Shown: in pieces, positions 1-10,082 of the stretch
Position numbering within the stretch: position 1 is the first letter of the stretch
Layout: each line of letters begins with the position of its first letter
DNA from: Candidatus Hydrogenedentota bacterium
GTDB taxonomy: Bacteria; Hydrogenedentota; Hydrogenedentia; Hydrogenedentales; JAEUWI01
Assembly (NCBI GenBank): GCA_034669905.1
Contig: JAXMOL010000002.1
Coordinates: forward strand, 64,001 to 128,000
Length of the DNA stretch: 64,000 nt
Reading direction: 5' to 3'
Notes under the pieces: model-generated
Databases searched by the model: none
What the model was told of the DNA's origin: nothing
What the model saw: only the letters and a program-made list of their open reading frames with translations
Program-made: the position numbers and the translations under genes

Positions 1-319
1 TCCATCCATCGGTTGGTAAGCCGTGCAACACCCGTGTCAATACGTGCTTCCGCCCGATTCAACGTCACGCTCCTGCCTGTTTTCGGTAACTCCTCTAGCC
101 CATAGTATAGGGGTAACGGGCCATCCGGCGCACCTTTCTCCCCAATCAGCCGCGCTACCTGTGCAACAACTTTTCCCAGGGAGCTCGGCGGCGGGTGTAG
201 AGGCTGTCCCAACCCGGGAGGTCCGAGGCGTCTCGTGGCTTTGCGGCACATAAAGCGCGCGCCCCATCGCCCGAGCCCCCTTCCCAGATGGCAATCTCCA
301 TTCGTTCGTCATGAACCGC

Positions 320-353
320 AAAAAAGCCCTTGCAGGCGAACCTGCAAGGGCTT
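320..353 (-). terminator. Rho-independent terminator of the porin gene
   Basis: Stem AAGCCCTTGCAGG-cgaa-CCTGCAAGGGCTT, followed on the minus strand by a T run, just downstream of the stop at 381. Confidence 0.85.
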
Positions 354-380
354 CATAGGGACTAAGCTAATGTCTGTAAC

Positions 381-1871
381 TTAGAAGCTGATTTCAGCTT
401 CCCAGTACAGGTAGTTGTAGTCGGCATCGTTGCTGTCGTTGTTGCCGAAGATGTTGGCAAACAGACCGCGGTTGCGTTCTACGTGGAAGAACTGACCAAG
501 ACCGTTGGCGGTAACGAAGTTGCCGCTGTCGAGGCCGTCATCGCCGAAGAAGTGGGCGTAGCCAGCGCGGAAGACCAGGTCTTCGCTGTACTGGTAGTCA
601 GCATAGAGGCCAACTTCCCAACCTTCGGTGTCGTCGTCGTCATTTTCGAAGAAGTCGAAGATGCCGAGTCCGAAGTTGTTCAGGTTGTTTTCTTCATCAG
701 CTTCGAAGTAGGTAAGCGCAAGGAGCAGGCTGATTTTCTCAGTCGGCATGGCGCTCACACCAGCACGGTAGATGATGCTGTTGGAAAGAGCGGTGTTCTC
801 AAGGAACTCGCTGTATTCCCAGTTGCTGAACAGACGGTTGAAGGCCAGGTCGTTTCCGTCGCCACCGAAGATACGGTCGATGAGGTTGTTGTCATCGTCG
901 TCGCCGCCTTCAAAGAAAGCAACGCCGAGGTAGACGCGGGGCGTCCAGGTCATGTCAAACGTGTAACCAGCTTCGAGGTTGAACGCCCATGCGTCGTAGT
1001 CGAGGTCCTGGTTGTTGTTGAAGAAACGGAAACCGGCGCGCGTGCGGTCGATTTCACCAAACTGGAAGGCTACTTCTGCTTCAAGGTCAAATGCACCATA
1101 AGTGCCAGCTCCGCGGAGGCCGATGGTGTGGAGGTCGGCGTCGTTCGACACCGGAAGGACGGGAAGAAATCCGCCCGCTACTGCGCCGGCAATACCGGAG
1201 CCATTGAGGCCGGGGTTACGGCTGTCAAGGTCTTCCTGGACGAACAACCAGTAAAGGTCGAACTGCCAGTCTTCAAGACCGATGTAGCTACCATAGAGAC
1301 CCCAGAGGTTGACGTCTTCGTCACCGAAGTCACGGAAGGTCTCACCCAACTTGAGGGAGAGGAAGTCAACCGAGAAGCTGTCGGTCGCGTAGGTGGTGCG
1401 GAAGCCGTCGAAGGAAAGGCCGGTGAAAACCGAGGACGCGTCCTGGTTACCGATCAGCCATTCGCTGCCGAGTTCGATTTCCTGACGACCAATGCGGCTA
1501 CGGATCGGAAGACCCCAAGCGTTGTTGATCTCGATGTAGGACTGGTACAGTGCTACGTCGTCGGAAGCACCAGCACCGTCGATACCGGTGATGAAGTTGG
1601 AACGGAAGCTGTCGCCCCAGTTGTTGTAGGCATCGAATTCGATGTAGACGGACACGTCGTCGGTGAAGTCAGCCTTCACGCCAAGACGGGTGCGCTGCTC
1701 AACGTTGGCAATGTCTTCGCCGGCGTTGATGGCAAGGTTGTCATCAAAGTCGAACCAGTTGCCGCGGATGCGGAGGCTACCGTCGAGTTCGACGTTCTGG
1801 AGCTCTGCCTGGGCGGCCGTAACCGTACCCAGCGCGAGCGCTGCAATCGTGAGTACTTTAAGTGAACGCAT
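381..1871 (-). CDS. Alginate export family outer-membrane beta-barrel (porin)
   Basis: Signal peptide; EQRTRLGV, LYQSYI and IGRQEIELGSEWLIG..FDG motifs typical of alginate-export barrels; C-terminal Phe. Confidence 0.75.
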   Translation of the reverse strand: MRSLKVLTIAALALGTVTAAQAELQNVELDGSLRIRGNWFDFDDNLAINAGEDIANVEQRTRLGVKADFTDDVSVYIEFDAYNNWGDSFRSNFITGIDGAGASDDVALYQSYIEINNAWGLPIRSRIGRQEIELGSEWLIGNQDASSVFTGLSFDGFRTTYATDSFSVDFLSLKLGETFRDFGDEDVNLWGLYGSYIGLEDWQFDLYWLFVQEDLDSRNPGLNGSGIAGAVAGGFLPVLPVSNDADLHTIGLRGAGTYGAFDLEAEVAFQFGEIDRTRAGFRFFNNNQDLDYDAWAFNLEAGYTFDMTWTPRVYLGVAFFEGGDDDDNNLIDRIFGGDGNDLAFNRLFSNWEYSEFLENTALSNSIIYRAGVSAMPTEKISLLLALTYFEADEENNLNNFGLGIFDFFENDDDDTEGWEVGLYADYQYSEDLVFRAGYAHFFGDDGLDSGNFVTANGLGQFFHVERNRGLFANIFGNNDSNDADYNYLYWEAEISF

Positions 1872-2446
1872 TGTGCGTTATCTCCGTAGTTTGGTCGATT
1901 CAACATCGACCCTGTTAAAGGTGTTTCGCTCAGACCACATCGTGTCTGGCGCGGCGTCTCGACCCCGAAACAAACTCAGGGGAAACTGCCAGAATATTTA
2001 TGCGTGTTCAAATCGGATTTGTGCGCGATCCCTGAAGGTAGGCTATTCACTAGCGCTCTACCATCCCTCCTTTCGCCTTCGAATTTGGAATCGGTCCCGA
2101 TGGTGTTTTCGGCAGGGGCCTTGTTGATGTAGCAATCGATAAGCACATATCGACACTACCTACTTCCTCAACAATACTCCCATGCAATTCACGGCACAGT
2201 ATAGCAGTCCGGATCCCCCCCGTCAAGTAAATTCTTTCTTTTTTGTAAATAATTTCTTCTGCCCTATCTAGTGCCCCACCTTGACCCACCCACCCTATAG
2301 AGGGGCGGCATGAAGGATTGGACGCCAGGAAATCAATATACGCAGTATTATTAGAGGGTATTTTTCGCCAGGGCGACCCCCTGCCCCATCCCAGAAAACA
2401 GCAACCGAATAGCTCGAAACCGTGTCCGGGACAACCCTTTGCCGCA

Positions 2447-4468
2447 CTAAAACAGCATCATCTGGTCGGGCTGGTCGTCACTTTCTGCCGCTACACTGCG
2501 TCGCGGGCGGGGAAGGGGCTTCTTCTCCGCACCCTTATTCCGTGCCGGACGGGGCGCCGGAGCGCTTTCTTCCGTCTTCTCCGGGGCAGGATCGGCCGAT
2601 GCCTCCGCTTCGGACACCTCGGAGGCCGCTGCTTCGGTGGGCTGCACAGGTTCGGACTCGGGTTCGGGCTCCGGCATCACATCCGGCACCCCCTTATTCA
2701 CCGTTGCCTGCAACTCCGCCGCAGGACGGGAGGTCCGCACCCGCACGGCACCCGCGCCACTCGCTTCCGTATCATAGAGCAGCCCCGAGTCATAGCGGGA
2801 CGGCAGCATGGCCGCAATTTCTTTCTTGGTCTGATCGATCCCTGCCAACGGGGCGCCCGTAAAGAAATCATCGTCTTCTTCGACTTCCGCGACGGGCCGG
2901 TAGGTCGGCCTGTCTTCGACGGGAGCGGCTTCCGAGGTCAAGTCCCAGCGGTTGCGCATGGGAGATTCCATGGCCGCCGCCCGCGGGGATTCGGAGCGAA
3001 TCGCTTCCGGCGAACTTTTCCACGGCGAATCCCCCACATCAATGGGCGCCGGAGCCTCTATCTGTGCCACTCCGCGAATCCCCTGAAGATGCAGGTCAAA
3101 AATCTTGTGAAAGGCATTGTCACAACGAAGGCTGTATACGGCATAGAGGTTTTCCATATCCTCCGTATCAAATTCCCCCTCCAGCCACTTGCGCTCCGCG
3201 CCCCGTTGGGTGGCCATCACCTTGTGAATCAGGCACGTGAGCTTGGAAGGACTGTTGGCACTCTCAATCGCATCCCCATAATCCATCATGGCTTCGAAAT
3301 AGGGACGAATGGCTTCCCGGCGGTGGGTTTGAATGGCGATCCGACGGCGGCTACCCACAAAGTGGACGACACTTGCCAAACAGACGACCCCGGCCAGAAA
3401 GAAGGAGAGAATCTCAAAGCGATCAGAGGAAATCGGATCGTGCCGCGTATAGTAGGCCTCGGCCGCCGCATGGAGGGGCAGGTGCAAGGACGCCTGGGCC
3501 ACCTCTTCGTTCAAGTCGGTCAGACGGGCCATCTTGAGGAATGGCCCACTGAAAATTTCTTCGAGCACCGCGTATACCTGGCGGTCCGGCAAATCACTCT
3601 GGCACACCAGCAGCGTATTGACCGCGACGGTCTTGAAGTCGCCATCCTCTGGTCGGGGGATACTGCGGTCGGGGCCATAGAGAAAAGGCGGCAGGGTTTC
3701 CACAAAGGCGCCAGGCAAATAACGGGCCACGGCGTCGGCTTCCGGAATGGGGATCAGGCGATACCATCCCGACGCCAGCAAGTCTTCCATGGCTGGCGCA
3801 AAGAGGCCATAGACGGTAAAGGCCGCATCAATATCGCCGTCGAGAAACGCTTCTGCGAGATTCGGATTGTGATCCTGAATTAATTCGGTGCTTTCACCAA
3901 AAGAGAAAAAGCGAATCATCTTCCGCGCCAGGGCATCCGCACCGCCCCCCGCAGGCCCGACCCCCAAACGCTTTCCAGCCAGGTCTCGAAAACGCTGAAT
4001 GCCCGAATCGGCGGGCACCACGATGTGCACATATTCCCGCCCGAGGTTGGCGAGGGAAACCAGTTTATCCCCCTCTCCCACGAGCCCACCGGTCCAATCG
4101 CTGGAACTCACATTGCGCTCGGCCGCCAGACCCCCTTGAATCAGGGCCAGATCAGCGCTACCCTCAGTGAGGAGGGTGAGGTTTTCCATGGAGCCACGGG
4201 TCGCCTGCACAGCGAGCTGATAGGACTGGGAGGCATCCAGGTGCATCCGCAGTTGATGGCCCAGTTCGAAGTAAGCACCTTCTTCCGCCGCGGTCGCCAA
4301 CACCAGCGGTTGCTCTCCGCTGGCAAAATAGCGGTTGGCGAGATGTGCGGTCACACGGCTGGCCTGGTAGGGCGCCAGCACAAAGAAGACGCCACCCGCC
4401 GCAAGCACCAGCAGTAGGCACGCCGAGGCAATCTTAATCAGGGTTTTCCGTTCAGGAATACGCGACAT
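2447..4468 (-). CDS. TAXI-family TRAP solute-binding protein with extra TM helix and long low-complexity C-terminal tail
   Basis: ATRGSMENL, ADLALIQGG, DLAGKRLGVGPAGGG and LPLHAAAEAYY motifs; start placed at MSRIPE. Confidence 0.75.
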   Translation of the reverse strand: MSRIPERKTLIKIASACLLLVLAAGGVFFVLAPYQASRVTAHLANRYFASGEQPLVLATAAEEGAYFELGHQLRMHLDASQSYQLAVQATRGSMENLTLLTEGSADLALIQGGLAAERNVSSSDWTGGLVGEGDKLVSLANLGREYVHIVVPADSGIQRFRDLAGKRLGVGPAGGGADALARKMIRFFSFGESTELIQDHNPNLAEAFLDGDIDAAFTVYGLFAPAMEDLLASGWYRLIPIPEADAVARYLPGAFVETLPPFLYGPDRSIPRPEDGDFKTVAVNTLLVCQSDLPDRQVYAVLEEIFSGPFLKMARLTDLNEEVAQASLHLPLHAAAEAYYTRHDPISSDRFEILSFFLAGVVCLASVVHFVGSRRRIAIQTHRREAIRPYFEAMMDYGDAIESANSPSKLTCLIHKVMATQRGAERKWLEGEFDTEDMENLYAVYSLRCDNAFHKIFDLHLQGIRGVAQIEAPAPIDVGDSPWKSSPEAIRSESPRAAAMESPMRNRWDLTSEAAPVEDRPTYRPVAEVEEDDDFFTGAPLAGIDQTKKEIAAMLPSRYDSGLLYDTEASGAGAVRVRTSRPAAELQATVNKGVPDVMPEPEPESEPVQPTEAAASEVSEAEASADPAPEKTEESAPAPRPARNKGAEKKPLPRPRRSVAAESDDQPDQMMLF

Positions 4469-4661
4469 ACAGCCCGTCAGTTTCTTCCCGCAGCACACAT
4501 GGAACGCTAACACCGTCCCGTCATGCGCCGTTTCAATTCCGTGTTCAGGACACGTCCATTTCAAGGCACCGACCGATAGATACACCGGTCACCACCTTCC
4601 CAAGTACCCCCTTTCTAACAGGCCCGGTCCCTGCGATGCAAACGCAGACACCCCATGCCCC

Positions 4662-5726
4662 CTATTCTTCCGCGAGCACGGCCTGGTGTTTTCGGTAGAG
4701 GCCGCGAAATTGATGGTAGGTCAAACCCAGCATTTCTGCGGCCTTCCGCTGATTAAAGCGCGCCGCCGTGAGGCCCGCCCGCAGCAACTGCTGTTCGAAA
4801 AGCTCCACCGATTCGCAAAAGGGCCGCTCAAAGGCCGAACCCGGCAAACCCTGTGCCTCCCGGGGCGGCGACACCACCCCGACGTCATCACCTGTCGGGC
4901 CTTCCGGGGCCTGCCCGGCTTCCGGCAAGGGGGCATAGGGCGAAACAAAGGGATCAAAGACCACCTCGTGGATGCGGGCATCCGTTGCCTGGTACACAGC
5001 CCGCTCGATCACGTTTTTCAATTCCCGCACGTTGCCGCGCCAGGGATGACGGGTCAGGGCCTCACACATCGCCGCGCTGAATTCCGGTAACTCGCGACGT
5101 CCCAGCTCGGAAGCCATTCGGGACGCAAAGTGATTGGCCAGTAAAAGAATGTCTTCCTGTCGCTCTCGCAAGGGGGGTAAGTAAAGCACCTCAAAGGAAA
5201 GACGATCCAACAGATCCCGCATGAAGCGCCCCGCCGCCGCCTCCGCCCGCAAATCCGCGTTGGTCGCGCCCACAATCCGCACATCCACCGAGATCTGTTC
5301 GGTCCCCCCTACGCGCTCAAAGCGGCCGTATTCCACCACCCGCAAGATCTTCTCCTGCACCGGCAACGGGATATTGCCCAGCTCATCCAGGAACAGGGTG
5401 CCCCCATGGGCCATTTCAAAGCGGCCCCGCCGCTGGCGATTGGCCCCCGTGAAAGCCCCGGCCTCGTGGCCAAACAACTCAGACTCAATAAGGGTCTCCG
5501 AGAGCGCCGCACAATTTAACTCCACCAGGGGCTCCTGCCAGCGCCGGGAAAGAAAGTGTACCCGGCGGGCCGCCAACTCCTTGCCCGTACCCCGCTCCCC
5601 GACGATAAGTACGGGACGCTCCACCCCCGCCACGCGGCTGAGACGATCCTGGAAGTCCAGAAAGACCTCTGACTCCCCCAGGGCCTCGGGCATGGACTCG
5701 GAATAATTGTCCGGCGTGTCATACAT
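4662..5726 (-). CDS. pspF: Phage shock operon sigma54-dependent activator PspF
   Basis: GERGTGKE, GAFTGA, LFLDE, WRGNVRELKN and a C-terminal HTH (FNQRKAAEMLGLTYHQFRGL); no receiver domain; divergent from pspA. Confidence 0.92.
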   Translation of the reverse strand: MYDTPDNYSESMPEALGESEVFLDFQDRLSRVAGVERPVLIVGERGTGKELAARRVHFLSRRWQEPLVELNCAALSETLIESELFGHEAGAFTGANRQRRGRFEMAHGGTLFLDELGNIPLPVQEKILRVVEYGRFERVGGTEQISVDVRIVGATNADLRAEAAAGRFMRDLLDRLSFEVLYLPPLRERQEDILLLANHFASRMASELGRRELPEFSAAMCEALTRHPWRGNVRELKNVIERAVYQATDARIHEVVFDPFVSPYAPLPEAGQAPEGPTGDDVGVVSPPREAQGLPGSAFERPFCESVELFEQQLLRAGLTAARFNQRKAAEMLGLTYHQFRGLYRKHQAVLAEE

Positions 5727-5810
5727 CGTATCGAAGTCCTCCCGGCAGGCTGGATCCTGATTGGCTCTCCGTGCGGCCCCAACGGCACGCCCGCGTATAT
5801 CCTACCACAA

Positions 5811-5849
5811 GATGGTAAATTTCCGTAAGAGATGGTAAATTTCACCATC
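5811..5849. promoter_or_regulatory. Putative PspF upstream activating sequences
   Basis: GATGGTAAATTT twice at 20-bp spacing; the second copy is part of the near-palindrome GATGGTAAATTTCACCATC; about 100 bp upstream of the sigma54 site. Confidence 0.65.
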
Positions 5850-5922
5850 CCGCTCAACGGGCCGACCATCAACATTTCGCGTAACCCATTTGTAAATAAC
5901 CCCTTACGGATACGCCCGGTCT

Positions 5923-5938
5923 TGGCACAACCATTGCA
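5923..5938 (+). promoter_or_regulatory. Sigma54 -24/-12 promoter of the psp operon
   Basis: TGGCAC-AACCA-TTGCA, a perfect consensus match. Confidence 0.9.
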
Positions 5939-5985
5939 TTACTCCGTTCATGAACACTGAGGCAATCAACACAGGGGTACAGACC

Positions 5986-6420
5986 ATGAACACCAACACC
6001 ACGGAGCACCGGGAATTACGCCGTCGATTAAACGGCGCCCTGGGCTATCGCACGGGCTGCGGCAACAGGGGAAAAGCCACCTGGCTCAACATCAGTCGTA
6101 CGGGCGCTTCCGTCCGTCTGGGGCGCTACTTACGACCGGGCCGCCGCATCTATCTCGAGGCCCAAGACCGCGGCCCCGTGATTCCGGCAGCCATCGTCTG
6201 GTGCGTGCCGGTGGCGGGCACCCTCCAGTTTCGGGCCGGCCTCCAGCTCGTTCGGACCGACCCGGAAATCGCCCTTTTGATCACCAACCTGGGGCAACGG
6301 GCCCTGGGAGAGAATAAAAACCCTTCGAACACAGTAGTAGATGCAGTGTGGCCGTCCTTCCATGAGGTGACGCGCCCCCTGCCCAACGCCGACGTGACTT
6401 CGCTCACGCACGCGGTATAA
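5986..6420 (+). CDS. PilZ domain protein
   Basis: RxxxR (RELRR) and NxSxxG (NISRTG) motifs, IVWC..AGLQL beta strands; start chosen downstream of the promoter, after a GGGG RBS-like run. Confidence 0.7.
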   Translation: MNTNTTEHRELRRRLNGALGYRTGCGNRGKATWLNISRTGASVRLGRYLRPGRRIYLEAQDRGPVIPAAIVWCVPVAGTLQFRAGLQLVRTDPEIALLITNLGQRALGENKNPSNTVVDAVWPSFHEVTRPLPNADVTSLTHAV

Positions 6421-6431
6421 AGGAGCCTGTC

Positions 6432-7097
6432 ATGGGTATTTTTACACGGGTACGCGACATCATCAGTTCCAACATCAACGCCATGCTGGAAAAGGCCGAG
6501 GATCCGGAAAAGCTGGTCAAGATGATGATCCGCGAAATGGAAGACACGCTCGTCGAAATCAAGGCCAACTGCGCCAGCGGCATGGCCACAAAGAAAAAGA
6601 TTAAGCGCGAGATGGAAACGGTCCTCGATCTGGCCAAGTCCTGGGACAGCAAAGCCCAGCTCGCCATCAACAAGGGCCGGGAAGATTTGGCCCGCGAAGC
6701 CCTCATGGAAAAGCGCCGCCACGTAGAGCGCGCCGAAGCCCTGGAGGAAGAGCTGGACCAGGCCAAAACCCTGGTGACCCAGTGCCAGAGCGACATCATG
6801 CAGCTGGAAGACAAGCTGAGTGCCGCGCGCGAAAAGCAGCGGGTCCTCGTGCAGCGTCACACCAACGCCACCACGAAGAAAAAAGCCCAGCAGCAGATTC
6901 GCCGTTACGACACGTCGGATGCCCTCGAACGCTTCGACAACTTCCAGCAGCGCATTGACCGCATGGAAGCCGATGCCGAGTTGGTGAACTATGGCCGAAA
7001 GACCTCGCTCGCCGACCAGTTCAAGGAATTGGAAGTCGACGAGGACATCGAAAAAGAACTCGCCGCCATGAAGGCCAAGAACACGGCCAACCACTAA
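6432..7097 (+). CDS. pspA: Phage shock protein A
   Basis: MGIFTRVRDIISSNINAMLEKAEDPEK N-terminus; coiled coil; AGGAG RBS. Confidence 0.95.
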   Translation: MGIFTRVRDIISSNINAMLEKAEDPEKLVKMMIREMEDTLVEIKANCASGMATKKKIKREMETVLDLAKSWDSKAQLAINKGREDLAREALMEKRRHVERAEALEEELDQAKTLVTQCQSDIMQLEDKLSAAREKQRVLVQRHTNATTKKKAQQQIRRYDTSDALERFDNFQQRIDRMEADAELVNYGRKTSLADQFKELEVDEDIEKELAAMKAKNTANH

Positions 7098-7166
7098 CCG
7101 CGAATGGGATTACCCCGGGTCCACCCGGACCCGGGGTATGGAATGAAACCAAGGGAGGATGTCCAG

Positions 7167-7565
7167 ATGAGGAAGGCAATCGGAATCACACTGGCCCTGT
7201 TGCTTGTCCTGGGATGCCTGGGATTCTTGCGGGGTATCGTGTATGCCGCAGAAGTGCCGTTCCTGATGGGCAACGCCATGTGGTACAACGCCCAGGCATT
7301 TATCATGACGCCCTTCGGCCCCCTTTCATCCGTCCCCTCTTGGTTCGCCTTGCTCTGTTCGATCGCCGTGGTGGCATTGCTGCTGAAGTGGGCCTTTGGA
7401 CGGGACCACATACCGACACCCCGTACCAGCACGGGCGAACGCCCCGGGAGCGACGACGTGGAACTGGAAGTGCTCGCACGGGATTTGGACCGCGTAGCGC
7501 GGCGTATGGAAGCGCGCATTGATGCCCTGGAAACCATCCTGCTGGACCGCGACCGCACCCCTTAA
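7167..7565 (+). CDS. PspB-like membrane protein with N-terminal extension
   Basis: TM segments, then RRMEARIDALETILLD resembling the PspB C-terminus; GGAGG RBS. Confidence 0.65.
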   Translation: MRKAIGITLALLLVLGCLGFLRGIVYAAEVPFLMGNAMWYNAQAFIMTPFGPLSSVPSWFALLCSIAVVALLLKWAFGRDHIPTPRTSTGERPGSDDVELEVLARDLDRVARRMEARIDALETILLDRDRTP

Positions 7566-7585
7566 GCACACAGGAGACATTCGTT

Positions 7586-7846
7586 ATGATAAACGGTTAC
7601 GTATTTACACTCATCCTTATCTTCGGCTCCCTCTATTGGCTTTATGTCATGGGGCGCAATGGGGTCTGCCGTAAGGACCAGCGCTACAACGCGGAGGACA
7701 CGGAAATCATCCAGGAGCTCCATCGTGGCATGGAGCGCATGGGCCAGCGCATCGAATCCCTGGAAACTATCTTACTCGACCAGGGCGAACATTACCGGAA
7801 GTCACCGCCGCCCATGCCGGACCACGTAGCCTCGGAACGTTATTAA
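7586..7846 (+). CDS. pspB: PspB-like protein
   Basis: N-terminal TM; IIQELHRGMERMGQRIESLETILLD. Confidence 0.7.
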   Translation: MINGYVFTLILIFGSLYWLYVMGRNGVCRKDQRYNAEDTEIIQELHRGMERMGQRIESLETILLDQGEHYRKSPPPMPDHVASERY

Positions 7847-7869
7847 AGAATCACGGGAGACCCACTACC

Positions 7870-8253
7870 ATGAACACCTCATATGCTCGACCGCAGAGCG
7901 GTCCCTACCGCAGCCGCAAGGGTATGTTTTTCGGCGTGTGCCGGGGACTGGCCGACTACTTCGATTTTTCCGTATGCTGGATCCGCGTCCTTGCGATCCT
8001 CACGTTTATCTTCACCGGCTTCACCGTGGGTGTCGTCTACATCGTGGCGGCCCTGGTGATGAAACTGGAGCCCGTGTTGCCCCTCGAGAATGATGGCGAT
8101 CACGAGTTCTATAATAGCTATACGACCTCACGGCCCATGGCCCTCCGTCGACTCCAGTCCACCTTCCAAAGCCTCGACAAACGCATCCAGCGCATGGAGA
8201 GCATCGTCACGGCACGGGATTATGACTGGGACCAACGGCTCCGCAACAGCTAA
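7870..8253 (+). CDS. pspC: Phage shock protein C
   Basis: YRSRKGMFFGVCRGLADYF PspC domain, TM, RIQRMESIVT. Confidence 0.9.
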   Translation: MNTSYARPQSGPYRSRKGMFFGVCRGLADYFDFSVCWIRVLAILTFIFTGFTVGVVYIVAALVMKLEPVLPLENDGDHEFYNSYTTSRPMALRRLQSTFQSLDKRIQRMESIVTARDYDWDQRLRNS

Positions 8254-8318
8254 CACGAAACACTAACGGCCCAGGCGAAGTGGCCGCTCAGACCCGCACG
8301 GGAAGGAAATAGAACACC

Positions 8319-8546
8319 ATGGATGAAACCGCCGTCGCCATTGTCGCCATCGTATTTGGCTCCGTATTGGCCGCCCTCTTTCTCCTTACGAATATGATCT
8401 CAAAAATGTTAGGCGCCCGCGGAGGCAGCCGACTGAGTGATGAAGAATCTCAACTCATGCAGGAAATATTCTACGGCATGAAAAAAATGGAGGAACGGGT
8501 CGAGTCGCTGGAAACTATCTTGTTGGATAAGGGGCGTGGCGAATGA
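8319..8546 (+). CDS. pspB: PspB-like protein
   Basis: N-terminal TM; LSDEESQLMQEI..MEERVESLETILLD. Confidence 0.75.
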   Translation: MDETAVAIVAIVFGSVLAALFLLTNMISKMLGARGGSRLSDEESQLMQEIFYGMKKMEERVESLETILLDKGRGE

Positions 8547-8557
8547 GTGGAGTTTGT

Positions 8558-8657
8558 GTGGGACAGGTGGGACGGGTGCGACTTGTGGGACAACATTCCT
8601 ACGCGGACTCGAATGACACCCACTTCACCCTTCAAACTTCAAATTTCCCCCTTCTCA
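8558..8657. repeat. Degenerate 9-mer (GTGGGACnn x4) and 7-mer (CTTCAnn-like x5) tandem repeats
   Basis: gtgggac-ag-gtgggac-gg-gtgcgac-tt-gtgggac at 8558-8591; cttcacc-cttcaaa-cttcaaa-tttcccc-cttctca at 8623-8657. Confidence 0.65.
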
Positions 8658-8676
8658 CATTAGAAAGGTTGATTTC

Positions 8677-9069
8677 ATGAACCATCCCAACACCCAACAC
8701 CGCCCCGGCGGCCCCTACCGCTCCCGCAACACGACCCTCTTCGGCGTATGCCAGGGCCTGGCCGATCACCTGGAAATCCCCGTACTCGCCGTGCGCGCCA
8801 TCGTCGTCATTGCCACGCTGGTCCTTTGGTTCTGGCCGGGCATCATCGCTTACATCATCGCGGCCCTCGTCATGAAACCCGAGCCGCTGGTGGAATTCGA
8901 CTCGGAGAGCGATGCCGAGTTCTACAACTCCTACACCGGCTCCAGCACCATGGCCCTCCAGCGGCTGAAGGACACCTTCGACAACCTGGACCGCCGCATT
9001 CAGCGCATGGAAAGTATTGTCACGTCGACCAAATACGATTGGGACGAACGACTGAAAGACAACCCGTGA
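8677..9069 (+). CDS. pspC: Phage shock protein C (second paralog)
   Basis: YRSRNTTLFGVCQGLADHL; shares EFYNSYT and RIQRMESIVT..YDWD with the first copy. Confidence 0.9.
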   Translation: MNHPNTQHRPGGPYRSRNTTLFGVCQGLADHLEIPVLAVRAIVVIATLVLWFWPGIIAYIIAALVMKPEPLVEFDSESDAEFYNSYTGSSTMALQRLKDTFDNLDRRIQRMESIVTSTKYDWDERLKDNP

Positions 9070-9160
9070 AGGAACCTATCATGGAAGAGGTATCGCCCAG
9101 ACACCTGGCCCTACTCGCCGCCATCATCAGCATCACGTTGTTACACGCGTTGTTAACTTC

Positions 9161-9394
9161 ATGAGCGCAGCCCCGTCGGAAACCCGCCACGGACGCTGGT
9201 ATTTCTGGCCCGTGCGCGCACTCTGGCACGTGGTGTCCGCCATGGAGACTCGGCTCGGCATCGTGCGCAGCCTGCTCATCGGTGCCGGCCTCATGCTTTT
9301 GGGCCTCGTCTTCTGCCTGACCTTTGTGGGCATCCTTATTGGAATACCCACCGGAATGCTCGGGCTTTTTCTCGTATTACGCGCCCTCTACTAG
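9161..9394 (+). CDS. Small membrane protein
   Basis: 77 aa, hydrophobic (LGLVFCLTFVGILIGIP), at the end of the psp cluster. Confidence 0.65.
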   Translation: MSAAPSETRHGRWYFWPVRALWHVVSAMETRLGIVRSLLIGAGLMLLGLVFCLTFVGILIGIPTGMLGLFLVLRALY

Positions 9395-9459
9395 TGGTGC
9401 GAATTAGAATTCCAGACATTTACGTTCGCTTGAACCCGTGAGGAAATTGGTAATGAATT

Positions 9460-9558
9460 CCCCTCCTGGGAGGGTCGCAGATGCGCCGTGGCGGATTAGG
9501 GGTGGGTTGGGTCTTCTTTCGGGCATTGACCCACCCCCGGCCCCTCCAAGGAGGGGAG
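9460..9558. repeat. REP-like palindromic element (CCCCTCC..GGAGGGG type)
   Basis: cccctcctgggaggg...ggggtgggt and the inverted acccacccccggcccctccaaggagggg; a related copy lies at about 33410-33440. Confidence 0.55.
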
Positions 9559-10082
9559 CAATCCTCCGTAACTAAGGTAATTCAGGTTGCCGTAATAGTG
9601 GCCCAGCTGCTTGAATCAAACTACTAGCTTTTGATTACCGCGCTCTCGGCAGGGCGGCCCACCTCCCTCGGGCCGGCCCTGCTCCTTCCCAATCCGCGTC
9701 GTCTTCGCCTGGACGGCGCGGATTACTTTTTTGGGGGAAGCCGAGGTCAATTACCTTTTGGAGTTCCGCCCAGTATCGCGGACCAATTGCTCGGTCGTGC
9801 CGCGCGATCCGGTACTCCGGTTCGTGCCTAAACTCATCCCCTACGCGCATATTCGCTACCGGCCTCGATGGTATGCAGGCGTCACGCGCACGGACTTCAT
9901 CGAACGCGCTCAGGCTCATGTGCCGAAGATCGCGCGGCACGGCCAGGACGTCTCTTTTCACGGTCGTACGGCAATTCTATTTCCGCGAAATCGAATCCTA
10001 TCGCCCAGATTCCCCACCCCAAACCCCATTGACTGTTTTACAGTTTTATGGCATCATGGCAATGAAGGAGCTGTGATTCCCT

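Noticed and set aside
9635..9961. 108-aa minus-strand ORF after the psp cluster
   Set aside because: No motif and competing overlapping ORFs; it may be real but cannot be supported from sequence alone
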